Below are positions 60,064-64,000 of a stretch of DNA of 64,000 bases, piece after piece. The translations under genes and the position numbers were made by a program. The notes beneath the pieces are model-generated. The model had not been told where the DNA came from. It did no database searches and saw only the letters and a program-made list of their open reading frames with translations. Source of the stretch: an uncultured Erysipelotrichaceae bacterium (GTDB lineage: Bacteria > Bacillota_I > Bacilli_A > Erysipelotrichales > Erysipelotrichaceae); contig CALVCO010000002.1 of assembly GCA_944326095.1 (NCBI GenBank), positions 3,386 to 67,385 on the forward strand, in the 5' to 3' direction. Position 1 is the stretch's first letter. The number at the start of each line of letters is the position of its first letter.

Positions 60064-60765
60064 ATGTTACAAATAAATAATTTAAAAAAAAGCTATGGTG
60101 ATAAAGAAGTTTTAAAAGGCATTAATATTAATGTTGATGATGGTAAAATTTTTGGTTTTATTGGCCATAATGGTAGTGGAAAGACAACAACAATTAAAGC
60201 TATTGTTGGTATTCATGATTTTAATGAAGGAGAAATTTTAATTGATGGTAAATCAATTAAAACTCAAGCTATTGAATGTAAAAAAATAATGGCATATATT
60301 CCAGATAATCCTGATATATATGAAAATATTAAGGCAATAGATTATTTATATTTTATTGCGAATGTTTTCCAATTAGAAAAGAATATGGTTGATACTAAAA
60401 TATTACAATTAGCTAAAGATTTTGAAGTAGAAAATTGCTTGGGAGATAAAATTAAAGCGTTAAGTCACGGAATGAAGCAAAAGATTGTTTTAATTGGTGC
60501 TTTTTTGCATGAACCTAAATTATTAGTATTAGATGAACCTTTTGTTGGTCTTGATCCAAAAGCTTCTTTTGTTTTAAAACAAAAGATGAAAGAATTATGT
60601 GCTAATGGAAGTAGTATTTTTTTTAGTACTCATGTTTTGGAAGTGGCTCAAAAGTTATGTGATAGTGTAGCAATTTTAAAAGATGGTAAAATTGTTTTAA
60701 ATGATAATATTGATAAGATTATTGCGAAAGGTCAAACATTAGAAGAATTATTTTTGGGGATGTAA
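60064..60765 (+). CDS. ABC transporter ATP-binding protein (ABC-2 type)
   Basis: Start at ATG 60064. Walker A GHNGSGKTT, signature LSHGMKQK and Walker B LVLDEPFVGLD. Confidence 0.9.
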   Translation: MLQINNLKKSYGDKEVLKGININVDDGKIFGFIGHNGSGKTTTIKAIVGIHDFNEGEILIDGKSIKTQAIECKKIMAYIPDNPDIYENIKAIDYLYFIANVFQLEKNMVDTKILQLAKDFEVENCLGDKIKALSHGMKQKIVLIGAFLHEPKLLVLDEPFVGLDPKASFVLKQKMKELCANGSSIFFSTHVLEVAQKLCDSVAILKDGKIVLNDNIDKIIAKGQTLEELFLGM

Positions 60766-60767
60766 TT

Positions 60768-62336
60768 ATGCGAGAGTTATTATTATTAATCAAGATTAAT
60801 ATTTCGGATTTATTAAATAGTAAATTTAAGCATCGAATATATTTATTATTACTTGGTATTTGTATAATGATGTTGATGTCCATTTATACGATGGCTTTAA
60901 TTAAAAGTCTTCCAAGTAATTTATATTATATAGTTCCTTATATCATGGGATTTGGGCCGCTTTTTTTGATTTTTTTCCTTACTATAACTTTAGCTTTTGG
61001 CTATGTTATTGGTTTTAAAGATTATGATTTTCTATTAAGTTTACCATTAAATAAAACAAATATTTATCTTAGTAAAATTCTAGGTTTAGTAATGATAAAT
61101 ATCTTATATTATCTTTGCTTTATGTTACCATCAATGATTTGTTATGGAATTGTAGCCAAGATGAATTTTATTTTTTATTTATCATTATTATTGGGTATAA
61201 TATTTCAACCTCTAGCCATTATTTCTATTGCATTATTCATTTCTTTATTATTTGTAAAAATAAGTGGTAATAGTCGATATCGTAAGTTAATTTCTAATAT
61301 TTTAAATGTTGTTTTTATTATTGTTGTTTTTATTATGAGTTTTAGTTTTTCAAGTATGAGTGAAAGTAGTCAATTAACTAATATTTTTTATAGCTTATAT
61401 GAGAAGATTAAAACTATCTTTCCTAGTTTATATTGGTTTATTTCTGGTTGTATTATCAATGATTTTTTAAAACTTTTATTAAGTATAATTTTTAATGTAG
61501 CTATATTTATAATAATTGTATTATTTAGTCGAAATTTAGTCTTTGAGCTTAATCAAAATTATGCCATAGAATATCATAATAGTAATTATAAAATAAAAGG
61601 TCTAAAAACTAATTCTCAATTTATTACATTATTTAAAAGAGAATGGAAAAATTTTATATTAAATTTTAATTATGTATTAAATTTGGGTGTTGGTAGTTTA
61701 TTAGGTATTTTAATTATGATTTATATAATATTTAAATCCTATGATGAATTAAGTATGCTAATAGGAATGATGCCAAAAAATATCATAGACTTACTTTTTT
61801 TGTTAGGAACTTTAATTATCGTGGGAATTAATATGATTGATTGTACTAGTTGTGTTTCTATTTCATTAGAAGGTAATAATATATGGATTTTAAAGAGTTT
61901 ACCTATTAAAATTATAGATGTTTTTAAAGCTAAGGTTCTGGTTAATTATATAGTGGTTTTTATTGGCACAATATTACCAATGTTGTTGCTTTGGTTTATT
62001 TTACCAGTTAATTTAATTTATGCTATATTGGCTTTATTATATATTTTAGTAGTTAGTATTTTTGTTGGTTTATTTGGTCTAGTTATTAATCTTAATTTTC
62101 CAAAACTTGAATGGGATAGAGATGTTATAGTTATTAAGCAAAGTTTATCTTCTTTTTTAGCTATTATAGCTTTGTTAATGATTGCTTTAATTTTAGGATT
62201 TATGGGATATTTTATTTCTAATCAATTGAGTATAATGAGTACTTGGATTATATTGATAATTTTTATGGGCTTAGTAGATATTTTGTTATATCTATTATTA
62301 AAGAAGTGGGGTATAACTAAATTTATAGCTTTATAA
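60768..62336 (+). CDS. Large polytopic membrane protein, putative fused ABC exporter permease
   Basis: 522 aa with about 12 hydrophobic segments. Two halves each carry an ..SLP(L/I).....(F/Y)..K(I/V)L motif. Follows the ATPase gene after a 2-nt gap. Confidence 0.6.
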   Translation: MRELLLLIKINISDLLNSKFKHRIYLLLLGICIMMLMSIYTMALIKSLPSNLYYIVPYIMGFGPLFLIFFLTITLAFGYVIGFKDYDFLLSLPLNKTNIYLSKILGLVMINILYYLCFMLPSMICYGIVAKMNFIFYLSLLLGIIFQPLAIISIALFISLLFVKISGNSRYRKLISNILNVVFIIVVFIMSFSFSSMSESSQLTNIFYSLYEKIKTIFPSLYWFISGCIINDFLKLLLSIIFNVAIFIIIVLFSRNLVFELNQNYAIEYHNSNYKIKGLKTNSQFITLFKREWKNFILNFNYVLNLGVGSLLGILIMIYIIFKSYDELSMLIGMMPKNIIDLLFLLGTLIIVGINMIDCTSCVSISLEGNNIWILKSLPIKIIDVFKAKVLVNYIVVFIGTILPMLLLWFILPVNLIYAILALLYILVVSIFVGLFGLVINLNFPKLEWDRDVIVIKQSLSSFLAIIALLMIALILGFMGYFISNQLSIMSTWIILIIFMGLVDILLYLLLKKWGITKFIAL

Positions 62337-62374
62337 TTTTTATTAGGTTATAATAACAATAGGAGGAAAAATTC

Positions 62375-62917
62375 ATGAAAGATTTAAAAGGTACAAAAAC
62401 AGAAAAAAATTTATTAGAAGCTTTTGCAGGTGAAAGCCAAGCTAGAAACAAATATGATTATTTTGCTTCAAAAGCTAAAAAGGAAGGCTATGAGCAAATT
62501 GCTGAATTCTTTAGTTTAACTGCTGCAAATGAAAAGGAACATGCAAAATTATGGTTTAAATTATTACAAGGTGGCGCTATTAAAGGTACTGTTGAGAATT
62601 TAAAACAAGCTGCTGAGGGTGAAAATTTTGAATGGACAGATATGTATGAGCGCATGGCAAGAGAAGCTGATGAAGAAGGGTTCCCTGAAATTGCTGAAAC
62701 AATGAGAGGTGTTGCGGCTATTGAAAAAGAACATGAAGAACGTTATTTAAAACTTTTAGCAAATATTGAAAATAATGAAGTATTTGTTAGAAAAGATGAA
62801 AAAACATGGCAATGCCGTAATTGTGGACATATTTATGTTGGTAAAGAAGCTCCAGAAGTATGTCCAGTATGTGATCATCCAAAAGCATATTTTGAATTAT
62901 TAAGAACTAATTATTAG
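62375..62917 (+). CDS. rbr: Rubrerythrin
   Basis: 180 aa. Diiron helices (E..A..KY.., [23 protein letters not shown]) and a C-terminal rubredoxin CRNCG..CPVC. Confidence 0.92.
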   Translation: MKDLKGTKTEKNLLEAFAGESQARNKYDYFASKAKKEGYEQIAEFFSLTAANEKEHAKLWFKLLQGGAIKGTVENLKQAAEGENFEWTDMYERMAREADEEGFPEIAETMRGVAAIEKEHEERYLKLLANIENNEVFVRKDEKTWQCRNCGHIYVGKEAPEVCPVCDHPKAYFELLRTNY

Positions 62918-62930
62918 TAATAAAATATAT

Positions 62931-62956
62931 AAAAGTGAGCTTAATTGCTCACTTTT
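62931..62956 (+). terminator. rbr terminator, overlapping the last codons of the convergent lipid kinase gene
   Basis: 10-bp stem aaaagtgagc/gctcactttt with loop ttaatt. Confidence 0.6.
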
Positions 62957-63858
62957 GTATTATTCATTTTATAAAAATGATGATATGTTGGTAATTGATA
63001 TCTTATGGCCTTATGTAGATTATTAATTTTGAAAGAATCACTATAGAAAGATTCACCATCTGATTGACTGATAATTTGTTTATCTGTGGTTATTCTTATG
63101 TCTTTAGCTTTATAGATGCGGATATATGGCACATTATCAATCTTGCCTAAGAAATACTTAGGTAAATACCAAATTAATTTATATGAAGGTATTTTATCAA
63201 TTATACATACATCAAAATAACCATCAAGCATATCTACACTTTTAAATGGAGAAACACCATTACCATAATATTTACCATTCATTATGGCAATTAATAGACA
63301 TTGTTTTTCAATAATTTTGTCATCTAAATTGATTTTAGCTTGATAATAATCTGGTTTACAAATAGCCATAATAGCAGCAATAAAATATAAAAAAGGTTTA
63401 GGTATGATTGTCTTTTTTAATAGGGTACAAACAATATCATTGACCTTTGCATCAATACCAATGGTGGTAGTATTTAAAAAATAATGATCATTACATTTTC
63501 CATAATCAATATTGATTATATTACCTAATATAGTTTGTTCAATCATATATTCTATATTATTTACAATAGGAGCTATCATTCGATAAAAATCATTTCCAGT
63601 ACCAAAAGGTAAAATAGAGAAAGTTGCATATTTAATACCGTTGATTATATCATATGCACTTCCATCGCCACCAATAGCATAGATGATATTATCTTTTTTA
63701 TCATTTTTTTTGGCAATAGATGTTGCATGATGAGCATATTGTGTATGTATAATTTGGTATGAAATATGATTTTTGTCACAAATCTGTTGAATTAAATTTG
63801 TTATTTTTTGAAAATTATAACGACCTGCATTAGGATTAATAATAAAAATGTGTTGCAT
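62941..63858 (-). CDS. Diacylglycerol-kinase-family lipid kinase (DagK/YegS-like)
   Basis: 305 aa. Blocks IINPNAGR, IGGDGSAYDIING and PFGTGNDF. Confidence 0.85.
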   Translation of the reverse strand: MQHIFIINPNAGRYNFQKITNLIQQICDKNHISYQIIHTQYAHHATSIAKKNDKKDNIIYAIGGDGSAYDIINGIKYATFSILPFGTGNDFYRMIAPIVNNIEYMIEQTILGNIINIDYGKCNDHYFLNTTTIGIDAKVNDIVCTLLKKTIIPKPFLYFIAAIMAICKPDYYQAKINLDDKIIEKQCLLIAIMNGKYYGNGVSPFKSVDMLDGYFDVCIIDKIPSYKLIWYLPKYFLGKIDNVPYIRIYKAKDIRITTDKQIISQSDGESFYSDSFKINNLHKAIRYQLPTYHHFYKMNNTKVSN

Positions 63859-63928
63859 ATAATATCTCCTCGTATTAGAATATGATGGATAATATTCTTA
63901 AATATTATATAACATTTATAGGGTGGTT

Positions 63929-64000
63929 ATGAAAACATTTAGAGAAAAACTATACAATAAGTTTAATACATCACAACTTTTTGTTTTATCTTTTGCATTA
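63929..64000 (+). CDS. 5' end of an unidentified CDS, truncated by the window edge
   Basis: ATG 63929 after gggtgg. The 24 codons read MKTFREKLYNKFNTSQLFVLSFAL. This resembles the N-termini of TrkH/KtrB-type transporters but is too short to call. Confidence 0.3.
   Translation, partial: MKTFREKLYNKFNTSQLFVLSFAL

Noticed and set aside
62331-62374. A PerR/Fur-like box upstream of rubrerythrin (TTATAATAACAAT).
   Set aside because: Only the left half matches the TTATAAT-N-ATTATAA consensus. In DNA this AT-rich, such a half-site is expected by chance.

Overview
The window is about 64 kb of chromosomal core genome from a visibly AT-rich, low-G+C Bacillota-type bacterium. G+C was not computed. TGA acts as a stop codon (for example at the end of radC) and Trp is TGG, so this is genetic code 11 and not a Mycoplasma-type code. 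A T-box leader, a purine riboswitch, ezrA, Bacillus-type dnaB/dnaI, scpAB and sufCDSUB all fit Bacilli, Erysipelotrichia or a related class; the class assignment is inference only. I support about 62 protein-coding genes. They are tightly packed, mostly on the + strand, and almost all are housekeeping: radC, polA-mutM-coaE-dnaB-dnaI, pfkA-pyk, a long mixed operon (DEDDh exonuclease, M32 carboxypeptidase, rimO, ROK kinase, M29 aminopeptidase, DUF2779), hpf, pdxK, pstSCAB-phoU with convergent phoPR, an amidohydrolase/GNAT/M18 aminopeptidase group, rpsD, ezrA-nifZ-thiI, T-box-leuS, scpAB, guanine riboswitch-purCFB, sufCDSUB, purA, mrp, a second two-component system, a prepilin peptidase, an ABC exporter, rubrerythrin and a DAG-kinase-like lipid kinase. 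I saw no rRNA, tRNA, CRISPR array, transposase, integrase or phage genes, and I found no convincing multi-gene novel system such as a defence island. The points most worth a second look are single-gene oddities read directly from the translations. (1) The PstS phosphate-binding lipoprotein appears circularly permuted relative to canonical PstS, and the adjacent PstA carries a ~120 aa extracytoplasmic insertion. (2) An orphan ZnuA/PsaA-like lipoprotein has lost all four metal ligands. (3) A DUF2779 protein combines a Cas4-like Cys signature with a DEDD-like exonuclease domain, and closes an operon that opens with an orphan DEDDh exonuclease. (4) A ~1 kb low-coding-density patch at 10.3-11.3 kb holds a coupled two-ORF cassette and a structured non-coding stretch. 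All domain calls come from motif recognition by eye; no database search was run.
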